NCBI GenBank assembly: GCA_964593655.1
Contig: CAZQIP010000155.1
Location: 1,761 to 65,760 of the forward strand
From: an uncultured bacterium
Lineage (GTDB): Bacteria; Poribacteria; WGA-4E; WGA-3G
Reading direction: 5' to 3'
Length of the DNA stretch: 64,000 nucleotides
Position 1 is the first letter of the stretch, and each line of letters starts with the position of its first letter. This document shows positions 35,609-44,708 of this stretch, piece after piece. The notes below the pieces were generated by a model. The model searched no databases and was not told the DNA's origin. It saw nothing but the letters and a program-made list of their open reading frames with translations. A program made the translations under genes and the position numbers.

Positions 35609-37816
35609 TTAGATTGTGCCGTTCATTTTTCTCGCTACCCAGAACGCGCCCAATAGGAAGACTAAAATGCCGGCCCAGATTGGGTGTGCCCAGATCCGCG
35701 TGCGATGCACAGTTGGTGCTGGCTCCGGCAAGGCTGCGAGGTGCTCCAGTAGACTCGGCACCTCAGAAACCGGTACTAACTTGCCCTCGGTAATCTTAGC
35801 GATTTCGTCTAATACATCAAAACGTGCCAAACGTCCTTGTTGTTCCCGATTTAAGCCTTGCACTGATAGATCTGTCTGAACAGAGGCACCGGTTTCACTA
35901 CTACTCGCAACGAGACGATAGTTACCGGGCTCTTTCGGTACAAACGAACCCACGAACAAGCCTGCTAAATCTTCCGTCCCCGGCTGGAGTCGGATTGTCT
36001 GCGTTTTGCCCGATGGCGAAATCGCCTGTACCACAACCGAACCGCTATCTAAGGGACCGCCGACGTTGTCAATAGCGTTGGCATTTAACGTCAACACGTC
36101 ATCAACGTTGGGTCGGTCGGGTGAGTAAAACAAGCGTATTGCTTCACTTTGTGCCATCTGTCGTCGATATGCCATCCATCGTGCGACTTGACTCCAGAAG
36201 CGATAATGATACCTATCCTCAACACCGTGCCGCCAACGCCAAGCACTATCTGTCCCCATAAACAACACTTTACCGGCCCCAAACGTCTTGGTCACAATTA
36301 ATGGCACTCGTCCGGCGGCAGTCGCGACTTGATCGTGTACTGCGAGCGTCTCGGTACCAGCCTTGGCTCGCTTGACTCCGGTGTGCCAGAAAAACCCCGG
36401 TAACTTGCGCCACACTTCGCCGTTGTCTTGGTCGGTATCTCCGAGACGGGTTAGCAAACTTCGTTGTCCTGACTGAGTGAGTGCGAAATATCCCTGTATA
36501 TTCGAGCCGACACCTTGCGGTGTTGCTGGGTCTAAGACCACAGGATAGAGGTCGGCAAGTGGACCGGAAATTAACGAATCGTGAGATCCTGAGCGTCCTG
36601 GCATAAAGACGATACCTGAAGCTTGGGCACTGACTAACTTCCGTAATTCCCGTGCGTGTTCGACTGTTAATTGGTCTTCTTTCACACCGACATCGCCAAG
36701 AAACACTACGTCATAACGGCTCAGTTCCCTCGCGTCAGGAAAACGTTTAATATAAGTGCGACCGCCTCCGACATTTGGCAGCTCTGGATGAAAGAGGAGA
36801 CATGTTACTTCAACGCCGGGATCCCGTTCTAAAGCGTTCCGTAGGTATCGATACTCCCACCGCGGATACGCTTCGATGACAAGGACTTTCAATTGTTCCT
36901 CGCGTATGGATATCGGTGCGGAGATCTCATTATTTTCGGGAATCAATTCCTCGGCATCCGGTGCGACACGCAGGTTTAACGTATAGTTCTCTGTCGCTGA
37001 GGGTGTCCAGACGATATTATCTTGTGCCTGACTCATGGCGGGGACGCTGACAACCTTGGTAACCGTCGCCTCATTATTGACCCTGAGTGTAACGCTCACA
37101 TCTCGATCCTGGCCCAAGGTGCTACGGACAACAAACGGGATGCGCAGCTGCTTATTTGTCACCCCAAAGGTCGGCGCGTCCATCCTGACCAACTCGATAT
37201 CTGGTAGCGGGACCTTACTACCGACCCCTACTGCGAAGACGGGAATCCCTTTCATCCGAAACCGTGTGGCTGCCTCCACCGGGGAGTTGCCGACATTCCA
37301 ATCGCCGTCCGATAGCAGCACTACACCGCGGAGATTCGTCTGATTGTCCAGAACGTGTGACAGTCCAGCATTCAAATCTGTTGCTTCTTCTGCTGGGTCC
37401 AACTGTGAAGAGAACGGTTCAAACACCACATTGAGATCGCTCGCCTCTGTGGGTTTCCAGACTTCCTCGGACATCAGCGGTTGGATTGTCTCCGCGCGGC
37501 TCTTGCGTTCGCTGGAGAGATTTTGGTCGTCGAAGACATCCCGTGTCTCCATACTTTTAGACTGGTCCCAGAGTACGGCGAGCGTTGAACGTCGATCTGG
37601 TGGTTGTATCTTCAACCATTCGGGTTGATTCAGCGTGGTGACCACTAAACAGACCAGTACAAAACGCAGCAATTCAAGCCACCCTGTTCGCATGCGATAC
37701 CCACTGCGGTGCCATGCCAACCAGCACAGGACACCGGTCACAGCCACGATAAACAGCCCTAAGACCATGATGGAGCTGCTTGAGAGAAATTCGAGGCTTC
37801 CCTGTTGTTCTTGCAT
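35609..37816 (-). CDS. membrane VWA-domain protein with amidotransferase-like C-terminal region (BatB-like)
   Basis: The ORF is open to ATG 37831. The ATG at 37816 has SD gggaga. It has two N-terminal TM helices, a MIDAS-like DQSKSM motif, GVVLLSDGDWNVG and IPVFAVGVG. It also has LKVLVIEAYPRWEYRYLRNAL...YDVVFLGDVG and a C-terminal TM (IWAGILVFLLGAFWV). Confidence 0.75.
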   Translation of the reverse strand: MQEQQGSLEFLSSSSIMVLGLFIVAVTGVLCWLAWHRSGYRMRTGWLELLRFVLVCLVVTTLNQPEWLKIQPPDRRSTLAVLWDQSKSMETRDVFDDQNLSSERKSRAETIQPLMSEEVWKPTEASDLNVVFEPFSSQLDPAEEATDLNAGLSHVLDNQTNLRGVVLLSDGDWNVGNSPVEAATRFRMKGIPVFAVGVGSKVPLPDIELVRMDAPTFGVTNKQLRIPFVVRSTLGQDRDVSVTLRVNNEATVTKVVSVPAMSQAQDNIVWTPSATENYTLNLRVAPDAEELIPENNEISAPISIREEQLKVLVIEAYPRWEYRYLRNALERDPGVEVTCLLFHPELPNVGGGRTYIKRFPDARELSRYDVVFLGDVGVKEDQLTVEHARELRKLVSAQASGIVFMPGRSGSHDSLISGPLADLYPVVLDPATPQGVGSNIQGYFALTQSGQRSLLTRLGDTDQDNGEVWRKLPGFFWHTGVKRAKAGTETLAVHDQVATAAGRVPLIVTKTFGAGKVLFMGTDSAWRWRHGVEDRYHYRFWSQVARWMAYRRQMAQSEAIRLFYSPDRPNVDDVLTLNANAIDNVGGPLDSGSVVVQAISPSGKTQTIRLQPGTEDLAGLFVGSFVPKEPGNYRLVASSSETGASVQTDLSVQGLNREQQGRLARFDVLDEIAKITEGKLVPVSEVPSLLEHLAALPEPAPTVHRTRIWAHPIWAGILVFLLGAFWVARKMNGTI

Positions 37817-37831
37817 TCTTGTGTCTCCCAT

Positions 37832-38004
37832 TACTGGTTGTCAGTTGTCAGTTGTCGGTTCTCAGTTAAGAAACTGCCATCTGATAACACATTCCTTAAC
37901 TTTAACCATCAACTCGACTCCCTTATAAATGATAAATGTTAAAGCACGAGTTGATGGTTAAAACTGAAAAGTTTGCACAGCAAACCGTACTGATAACTAC
38001 TCTT
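37832..38004 (-). repeat. intercistronic GT-word/AC-word repeat element with a 16-bp perfect hairpin
   Basis: A heptamer run ggttgtcagttgtcagttgtcgg lies at 37837-37858. A perfect 16-bp inverted repeat, tttaaccatcaactcg (37901-37916) and cgagttgatggttaaa (37947-37962), encloses a 30-nt loop. A gtttgc-aca-gcaaac hairpin is followed by cgtactgataactac next to the stop of the upstream gene. Confidence 0.55.
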
Positions 38005-40026
38005 CTATTCCGTGCTGCCATCTGCGACTGCGAGGTCCATTAGAGGGCTGCTCTCAGTTTTTCGGCTTGGTAAACTTAGGACTGCCTCTAAAATGAGTGC
38101 TAACGCCATTGCGATGAGGAAGATACGCCAGAGTTCACTCGCTAAGGCGGATGTGTCTCCGACATCAACATCAATTCTTCGGTACGACAGTCCATCAAAC
38201 AGTGCATCCACCGTTTCAACAGGCGATGTCTTGGCATTGTCCTCAGCGTGGCTGCGGTTCACCGCTACCCAATATTCTCCTTCACGATAGACACCGGCAT
38301 GCAATTCGCGCTGTGAAGGGGACGCTGTATTCTCAGCAGGTGCTACTGATTCCCACTGATCTCGGTCTTTGAGTACACCAACGCCGGCATCGCGTTGCGC
38401 TGCGGCAGCCAATGTGAGACACCCTTCAGTCAATGCCCGCTGTAGCATGATATAAAACACAATACCGTCCCGCTCGAGAGAAGAGTATTGTGCGGTGGGT
38501 AGCGTACTACAGAAATAAATTGCCCCGTGATCCGTCGGCACACGCGTTAATAGGGGGGTCTCATCGTCAAACCTTGCCAACGGTGTTCCAGTACTCTCAA
38601 GGGTTCGGTAACGATAGGTGCGGAGTCCGTTCAATGGCAAAGCATCCCCGCTCTCCACATGTGCCAGTAGATCGGCATCGCCACGCCACCATGCGACTTT
38701 GGCGACCTCCTTACCGTCAGCGGACTGCCAGTCGCCCCAGTGTGAGTCAAATAGTTGTTCACCGGTGTTCTGCGCTGGTGGAAAGAACATAACCGCACGC
38801 CCGCTGTTGACGAAATGCGCAATCTGTTCCGCTACTAACCCACTCGGTAGTGCCCCTTGCCAGATCAAAAGTCCCGTACTTTCCCAGTCAATCTCTGCGA
38901 CTCGGTTTACAGGAATCACATCTGCTTGGTGTTGGAGTCGAGGATCCAATGGAATAGCAAGTGCCCGGCGGAACGCTTCGCCGATCCTTTTATCATCACT
39001 GACGACGACTGTCTTTCGCACCGGTGGTTCTGAAAAGACGAAGAAAAACCGATTGTCCAAAGGGTTCGCATCACCCGGTAAACTCACGGATCCCCAACCT
39101 GAACTGAGTTTGGCATCAATAGGGATACGATGTCCTTGTAAAGAGGCACCGAGTGTGTCCAGCTCCACTTCAACGACAGACTGGATGTTGTTGACTTCAA
39201 ACTCAATCGGTACTCGCCGCGTGCGACCGCTATTCCCGTTTGTCCGCACCATTACATCAAGAATCAGTTCCGCATCATTACCACGTTTCCACCGTTGCAC
39301 GTTTTCCACTCGGACGGATAGGTTGTTTGAAGGCGGATCTGTGTACGCCAGTAAGAAATGATGCACACCCTCTAATTGGGCAAACGCTTTGCTTATAGCG
39401 TTCCAACGACCGCTGTGAACATCCCAATCGTTCTCGTTCAAGTCCGAACAGATCCATATTTCCGCGCGTCCCGATTCATTTGCTTTGAGGTACGCTAACG
39501 CCGTTTCAAGCATACTTGGGATATTTGCGCTGGTGGCACTCGCATCGGTCATAGGTAGGTTCAATAGAGCCTTCGGTGAATCCACTTCCTGCATCTGACC
39601 GCTGGCACTATCAATCAGAAGTAAGTGTGTTCCGTAATCACCTTGTTCCAGCAATTGTGCGAGTCTCTTCAGTGCCGTGGATCTTTTTGACTCACCTGCC
39701 TGGAGGTCTTGCATTTCCATACTCGCGGAGCGATCGAGAAGAATCAGCGTGGCATCCGGCTTACTCAATCCGACGCTTCCGAGCCATCCGCCGGAGAGGG
39801 GTCGGCTAATGGCGAAAATCAAAGCCCCGATAGCGAGTACGCGCATGAGTAGGATAAGAAGATGCCGAAGGCGTGCCATGCCTCTACTCATACGCTTCGC
39901 ACGCATTAAGAACATCATCGCCGCCCACGGAATTGTACGGTGCCGTTGCTGATTGATTAAATGGATGATGATCGGCAGTGCCATCAAAGGGAGCGCGATT
40001 AATGCTAAGGGTTGCAAAAAACTCAT
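38005..40026 (-). CDS. BatA-like protein: aerotolerance-regulator N-terminal TM domain plus VWA domain
   Basis: 673 aa. The N-terminus MSFLQPLALIALPLMALPIIIHLINQQRHR and a second TM follow the BatA_N pattern. It has a MIDAS DRSASM motif and a C-terminal TM (LWRIFLIAMALALILEAVL). Confidence 0.8.
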   Translation of the reverse strand: MSFLQPLALIALPLMALPIIIHLINQQRHRTIPWAAMMFLMRAKRMSRGMARLRHLLILLMRVLAIGALIFAISRPLSGGWLGSVGLSKPDATLILLDRSASMEMQDLQAGESKRSTALKRLAQLLEQGDYGTHLLLIDSASGQMQEVDSPKALLNLPMTDASATSANIPSMLETALAYLKANESGRAEIWICSDLNENDWDVHSGRWNAISKAFAQLEGVHHFLLAYTDPPSNNLSVRVENVQRWKRGNDAELILDVMVRTNGNSGRTRRVPIEFEVNNIQSVVEVELDTLGASLQGHRIPIDAKLSSGWGSVSLPGDANPLDNRFFFVFSEPPVRKTVVVSDDKRIGEAFRRALAIPLDPRLQHQADVIPVNRVAEIDWESTGLLIWQGALPSGLVAEQIAHFVNSGRAVMFFPPAQNTGEQLFDSHWGDWQSADGKEVAKVAWWRGDADLLAHVESGDALPLNGLRTYRYRTLESTGTPLARFDDETPLLTRVPTDHGAIYFCSTLPTAQYSSLERDGIVFYIMLQRALTEGCLTLAAAAQRDAGVGVLKDRDQWESVAPAENTASPSQRELHAGVYREGEYWVAVNRSHAEDNAKTSPVETVDALFDGLSYRRIDVDVGDTSALASELWRIFLIAMALALILEAVLSLPSRKTESSPLMDLAVADGSTE

Positions 40027-40151
40027 ATTTTTAATTTGCCTTGCGGTTCGTTGAGGCGGGTTTTGGGAAGAAAGTTCCTCTCCGTATATCCGCCCTCCAT
40101 TTCATTACGGGCTTACGTTTTGGATTTTTTCACCAGACTGATAACTACCCC

Positions 40152-41084
40152 TCACTTATGTCTTTTGGGTGTCCGTCCCAACAAGAATCGTGCCAATACA
40201 TCGCCATAGTTTTCGTGGATCCGGATGCGATGATAGTCAACCTCGGTGTCGCGAATGACCTCGTCTATACTCTCAAGGTATATTTCCATCGCGCGTCGGT
40301 ACTGTGCACCGATGACAGTCGGATCTGCGAGTATGGGTTCTCCACCTTCCATGTCAACAAATCGCATGGGACGATCGAATTCAAAATCGAGTTCGTTCTG
40401 CTCCATAAGGTGAAAAACAGCGACATCATGTTTACGAAACCGCAGGTGTTCAAAACAATTCCTCACCGTTTCGGGTTCAATAAACAGATCTGAAATAACG
40501 ACGATCAATGCTCTCTGTGGGATACGTTCGGCAGTTTCATGGAGAACGTCAGCCAAGCCGGTTTCACCGGATGCCTCCATTGTTCCTAATTCATCAAGAA
40601 CGACACTCAGATGGGTTGCGCTGCGCTTTGGTGGGATTTCTTTCTGGAATGCTTGACCCGCACAGTAGAGTCCAACGGCATCACCTTGTAGGGCGGCTAT
40701 ATAGGCTAAGGTGCCTGCCACGCGACGTGCGTAGTCGAGTTTACTCAAACCGGATTCCGCGTCGGTTCCTGCGGAGTTTCCGTTGTATGTGAAATCCATT
40801 GAACCGCTGGTATCAACGACTAAGCACATCCGTAGGTTCGTATCGGCTTCAAATTCCTTGATGTAGTAGCGATCATTACGCGCATAAGCGCGCCAATCGA
40901 GTCGGCGTGTGTCATCGCCTGGGACGTACTTACGGTACTCGGCAAACTCAAGGCTGGAACCGCGAATTGGGCTCCGATGTTTACCGGAGACACTTCCGAC
41001 CATAGGCAGTCGAGCGTGCAATTGAAGCGTGGAAAGACGTTCCAGTACCTTCTGATTAAGGTAATCCCGTTTGAGTTGCAACAT
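40152..41084 (-). CDS. DUF58 family protein (VWA-like, MoxR partner)
   Basis: 310 aa starting 9 nt after the MoxR stop. The motif SLEFAEYRKYVPGDDTRRLDWRAYARNDRYYIKEFE is characteristic of DUF58. VVDTSGSM is also present. Confidence 0.85.
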   Translation of the reverse strand: MLQLKRDYLNQKVLERLSTLQLHARLPMVGSVSGKHRSPIRGSSLEFAEYRKYVPGDDTRRLDWRAYARNDRYYIKEFEADTNLRMCLVVDTSGSMDFTYNGNSAGTDAESGLSKLDYARRVAGTLAYIAALQGDAVGLYCAGQAFQKEIPPKRSATHLSVVLDELGTMEASGETGLADVLHETAERIPQRALIVVISDLFIEPETVRNCFEHLRFRKHDVAVFHLMEQNELDFEFDRPMRFVDMEGGEPILADPTVIGAQYRRAMEIYLESIDEVIRDTEVDYHRIRIHENYGDVLARFLLGRTPKRHK

Positions 41085-41093
41085 AATTTACCC

Positions 41094-42107
41094 CTATTCC
41101 GACAACTCTTCAACGAGACGGCTGACGATGTTTTGGCTGGTGATATTTTCGGATTCCGCGGCGAACGATGTAATGACGCGATGCGCCAGCACAGGGGCCG
41201 CCACTGCGACGACATCCTCAAGTCGCGCCATGTAGCTGCCGCTGAGTGCTGCACGTGCCTTTGCCCCTAAGATTAAGTATTGAACTGCTCGTGGACCGGC
41301 ACCCCAAGCAACAAGCGGTTTTAGCCAATCAGGGGATGCGTCACCTTTGGGACGGGTACTCCGGACTAAATCAACAGCGAATTCGTAGATATGCTCTGCT
41401 ACCGGCACCCGTCGCACGAGGTCTTGAAAGGCAAGCACCCGTTCACCTGTCAGGACGTGTTCAAGTGTTGGAAGTGCCAGCCCGGTTGTGGTGCGGGCAA
41501 TCTCTATCTCCTCAGTGCGTTCTGGATAGTCTACTTCAATCCTGAACATGAAACGATCGAGTTGCGCCTCCGGCAACGGATACGTCCCCTCCTGCTCTAT
41601 AGGGTTCTGTGTTGCCAACACGAAGAACGGCGGTGTCAGTTGGTATGTTCTGCCGATGACTGTGATTTTGTATTCCTGCATCGCCTCGAGCATCGCGGCC
41701 TGCGTTTTTGAGGGTGCCCGGTTAATTTCGTCGGCGAGAATAAGATTGGCGAACAGCGGTCCTTTTACGAACTCAAACTCCCGCCTACCGCCTGGTACCT
41801 CCTGAAGGATGTCGGTTCCGGTGATGTCCATCGGCATTAGGTCGGGTGTGAACTGGATTCGGCTGAACTGCAACGCCATCGTCTCAGCGAACCTGCTCAC
41901 TAACAGCGTCTTCGCTAAGCCAGGAACGCCCATCAAGAGTGCGTGTCCTTGAGAAAACAGACAGATCGCTAAGTGTTCGATAACTTGCTCCTGACCGACG
42001 ATAATCTTGGCAAGTGTTTGTTTTAATTGGGCGTAGACGTTGCGCAGTTCGTCAATTGCAGCAACATCGTCGGCATGCATTGTGTCAGTGTTTGGTGTCG
42101 TTGTCAT
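41094..42107 (-). CDS. MoxR-family AAA+ ATPase
   Basis: 337 aa. Walker A is GVPGLAKT and Walker B is LADEINRA. The sensor/arginine region is FFVLATQNPIEQEGTYPLPEAQLDRF. Confidence 0.95.
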   Translation of the reverse strand: MTTTPNTDTMHADDVAAIDELRNVYAQLKQTLAKIIVGQEQVIEHLAICLFSQGHALLMGVPGLAKTLLVSRFAETMALQFSRIQFTPDLMPMDITGTDILQEVPGGRREFEFVKGPLFANLILADEINRAPSKTQAAMLEAMQEYKITVIGRTYQLTPPFFVLATQNPIEQEGTYPLPEAQLDRFMFRIEVDYPERTEEIEIARTTTGLALPTLEHVLTGERVLAFQDLVRRVPVAEHIYEFAVDLVRSTRPKGDASPDWLKPLVAWGAGPRAVQYLILGAKARAALSGSYMARLEDVVAVAAPVLAHRVITSFAAESENITSQNIVSRLVEELSE

Positions 42108-42322
42108 TAGGTTCCTTTCGTGTTGTTGTTATGAAGTTGTAATGTAAAGGAAACACAAAGTTTGCGTTAATACCACGGTAGCAAATTTGGTGCCAGTCTG
42201 AATACTCCCGTATCAATCGGATTCTTTATGAAACGTTCAGAAATAACCGCACAAAATGGGGCAAATTTATGCCTTATAGCACGAAAGCGGGCAAAATTTA
42301 CTCACCGGTAGCATATAGGTGG

Positions 42323-42378
42323 ACTAAAAGTTTCAATTTATAGTGAACTAAAAGTTTCAATTATTAGTGACGCAATTT
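42323..42378 (-). promoter_or_regulatory. tandem 24-nt repeat plus shared 24-nt box upstream of the MoxR operon
   Basis: actaaaagtttcaatttatagtga (42323-42346) and actaaaagtttcaattattagtga (42347-42370) are 22/24 identical. 42355-42378 is the reverse complement of the 4806-4829 box (23/24). The region lies about 215-270 nt upstream of the MoxR ATG. Confidence 0.45.
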
Positions 42379-42421
42379 GTATGCGAAAAAGGTGCATAAT
42401 TTCACTTTTTTCCGTAAAATG

Positions 42422-43801
42422 TTAGAACCTCCGAGGCGATGCGATATGCGTATCCATCCATTTCAACCGAGCTTGTAGCCATCTTTTTATCTGTTGGACT
42501 TCTTGCTCATAAACGAGTAGACCCCGATTTGTGACCAAACGACTGCCAAAAGCATTGTGCCCGTGCGAGGCCCATCTCTGGTAGTCTCGCTGTTGTGCTT
42601 CGGACAGATACTCAGCGGTTTGATCAATCACGTCAAGGAGTTTAGAAGTGGCGAGTACATCTTTCCGAAGTGCCTGCCACCGCTTAGCGAGTTTTTGTGT
42701 GAAGTTTTTGTCTTGTAGGAGTCGATCCCACCAAAAAGGGACAGGGTTTGTATAAATCAGCCATCCATCCGTTTTCCAACCCTCATTGAAACTTGCATTG
42801 CCCATTGATAAGTTGAAATCCCAGATGGGACCCATTGTCAGTTTGCTGTCTGTGTCTTTGTACATGTATGTGCTGTTCCGAAATCCATCTATGTTTCTGA
42901 AGAGTTCATTGATGATGAAATGGTCGATAAAAGCATCGGTATCTATGTACTTGGTATATCCGCGTTCTGGGTCCTTAAAATCCTTTCCAGCTAACGCTGC
43001 TTCAAATTCGCTCATGTAGTTCTGAATCCACGTTTTTTGGGCGGCAGACATCTCGTATCCTTTTGGATATACATAAAAAAGTCGCGTAGAACGGGTGAAA
43101 AAGTAAGTTTCATACCTGTCCGTTTTATCAATTTTTAGGATATAACCCCCGGTGATGTTCGCGGGTTTCAGCGATTTAATATCAACACGGTCTTTTCCGC
43201 GTTTTATCTTTTCTATGAGTAGATAGACGCCGACGTAATGTTTGTCTCCGATTGTTGCATCGCCTCTCTCATTGAGAAACACTTCAACAAATTTTGTTCT
43301 GCTTGCGTATCTGCCGATGCGATTGCTGAACTCGTACGCCAAATAATTCCGCATCAGGGTTTTATCCCAATAGGGTCCGTTTAAAACCCAATCCGACTCG
43401 GCTGGCAGTTGCAATAACGATGCATCTTTGTCGTTGCCTGCATCGTCTTGAATTTCTACACCGTACTGCTTTTTCGGGAATCCGAGCGAAGTTTTCCCCC
43501 TAAGTTCTATGCCGATTTTCCCTTCAAAATCAATATGCTGACTATTTAGGGTGTTTCTACCACCGGATTCATCGTAAATAATTTTCATTGCTGCAGGAAT
43601 TTTAGGTTCATCGCGAATCCAATTCCCGAATGTATCAATAATAACGATTGGGAGATTTGATGTAAACGCCTCGGTGCGATCCAAGTTCGATATTTTTGGG
43701 GGTTGATTAGGTTGTCGGATAGTATCAGCGATGCCGTTTGTTGCTATGGCTAAAATGATACTACCGAGAAACATTAGTATAATTTTCTTCTTGAGGTGCA
43801 T
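42422..43801 (-). CDS. CotH-family (atypical kinase fold) secreted protein
   Basis: 459 aa with a signal peptide. CotH-like blocks are IELRGKTSLGFPKKQYGVEI, YLAYEFSNRIG.YASRTKFVEVFLN, YVGVYLLIEKIKRGKDRVDI, YILKIDK and FIINELFRNIDG. Confidence 0.8.
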   Translation of the reverse strand: MHLKKKIILMFLGSIILAIATNGIADTIRQPNQPPKISNLDRTEAFTSNLPIVIIDTFGNWIRDEPKIPAAMKIIYDESGGRNTLNSQHIDFEGKIGIELRGKTSLGFPKKQYGVEIQDDAGNDKDASLLQLPAESDWVLNGPYWDKTLMRNYLAYEFSNRIGRYASRTKFVEVFLNERGDATIGDKHYVGVYLLIEKIKRGKDRVDIKSLKPANITGGYILKIDKTDRYETYFFTRSTRLFYVYPKGYEMSAAQKTWIQNYMSEFEAALAGKDFKDPERGYTKYIDTDAFIDHFIINELFRNIDGFRNSTYMYKDTDSKLTMGPIWDFNLSMGNASFNEGWKTDGWLIYTNPVPFWWDRLLQDKNFTQKLAKRWQALRKDVLATSKLLDVIDQTAEYLSEAQQRDYQRWASHGHNAFGSRLVTNRGLLVYEQEVQQIKRWLQARLKWMDTHIASPRRF

Positions 43802-43834
43802 TGTCTATAATCTCGTCAAGGAAGATAGGCAACT

Positions 43835-43863
43835 CTGTTTCATAGAAACAGCAGTTTTTTTTT
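43835..43863 (+). terminator. intrinsic-terminator-like hairpin plus T9 on the plus strand
   Basis: ctgtttc (43835-43841), loop ata, gaaacag (43845-43851), cag, then T9 (43855-63). There is no plus-strand ORF upstream. It sits just outside the CotH start codon. Confidence 0.35.
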
Positions 43864-44086
43864 CAAACAGTGGATGGAGTCTTCGCTATTTCATGTTTAT
43901 ATCTGGACACTCTTGTTTTACACAAAATAGTATACCAAACACAGACTGCGGATTGCAACTGAAATAGGAATGTCCGTATACCCTAAGCAATTTTCAATTA
44001 TTAAATTTTTTTCTTCTGAGGTGGCTCAAACGGTAGGAAAGAAAGTTTGGAAGATTGGAGAGGACTTTAAGAGGAGTGCCTAAGTC

Positions 44087-44599
44087 CTATAAGAATTGAA
44101 ATTTACCAAGCGTGAGGGTTATCCGTTGTTTCCCTTTTTTGAGCACCACCTGTTTCGGTTGGATGTCAAAGACGACAGTGTCTGCACCAAGTTTCGTACC
44201 GATGGAGACAACCTTGATAACACTGGTTTTCGTTGTTTCTTGTAAGATAGCCGTTGCATCTATTTTCCGTACTATAGGGACATGCGTACCGAGCAGCCGA
44301 TAGGTGTGGGTTTCTTCTTTCGGTTTCCATCCGAGGGGCGCGAAGAGGTTGTTGTCAAGAATGGTTTGAAAAAAACGTTCCTGTGGGTCAACTGGCTTCG
44401 GTTTCAGATGCGCGTAGAGTTTTTCGTTTTTTTTCACGGATTTCTTGCGCTCAATGTCGTGAACGATATACACCTTTTTGGGTGGCTGTTCTATCTGATG
44501 GAAAAAGAAGAACGCAGCTCCTGAGACGATTAAGATGGCGCATGCCATAAGCAAACGTTTCCCGGTCATCATTACTTTGCTCCTTTTTGAGGAGGGCAT
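44087..44599 (-). CDS. hypothetical membrane-anchored protein
   Basis: 170 aa with an N-terminal TM (LLMACAILIVSGAAFFFF). The C-terminal beta-rich segment (VVSIGTKLGADTVVFDIQPKQVVLKKGKQRITL) is loosely PilP/GspC-like. The family is not recognised. Confidence 0.55.
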   Translation of the reverse strand: MPSSKRSKVMMTGKRLLMACAILIVSGAAFFFFHQIEQPPKKVYIVHDIERKKSVKKNEKLYAHLKPKPVDPQERFFQTILDNNLFAPLGWKPKEETHTYRLLGTHVPIVRKIDATAILQETTKTSVIKVVSIGTKLGADTVVFDIQPKQVVLKKGKQRITLTLGKFQFL

Positions 44600-44708
44600 C
44601 CGTAGGTGCTGGTTTTAACACATCGGATGCCTTAGATTGTTGTTCAGATTGCCGCTGCGATATATTATTCCACAGATATCCAACGGCAATCTGTTCTTGA
44701 ATAGGTCG

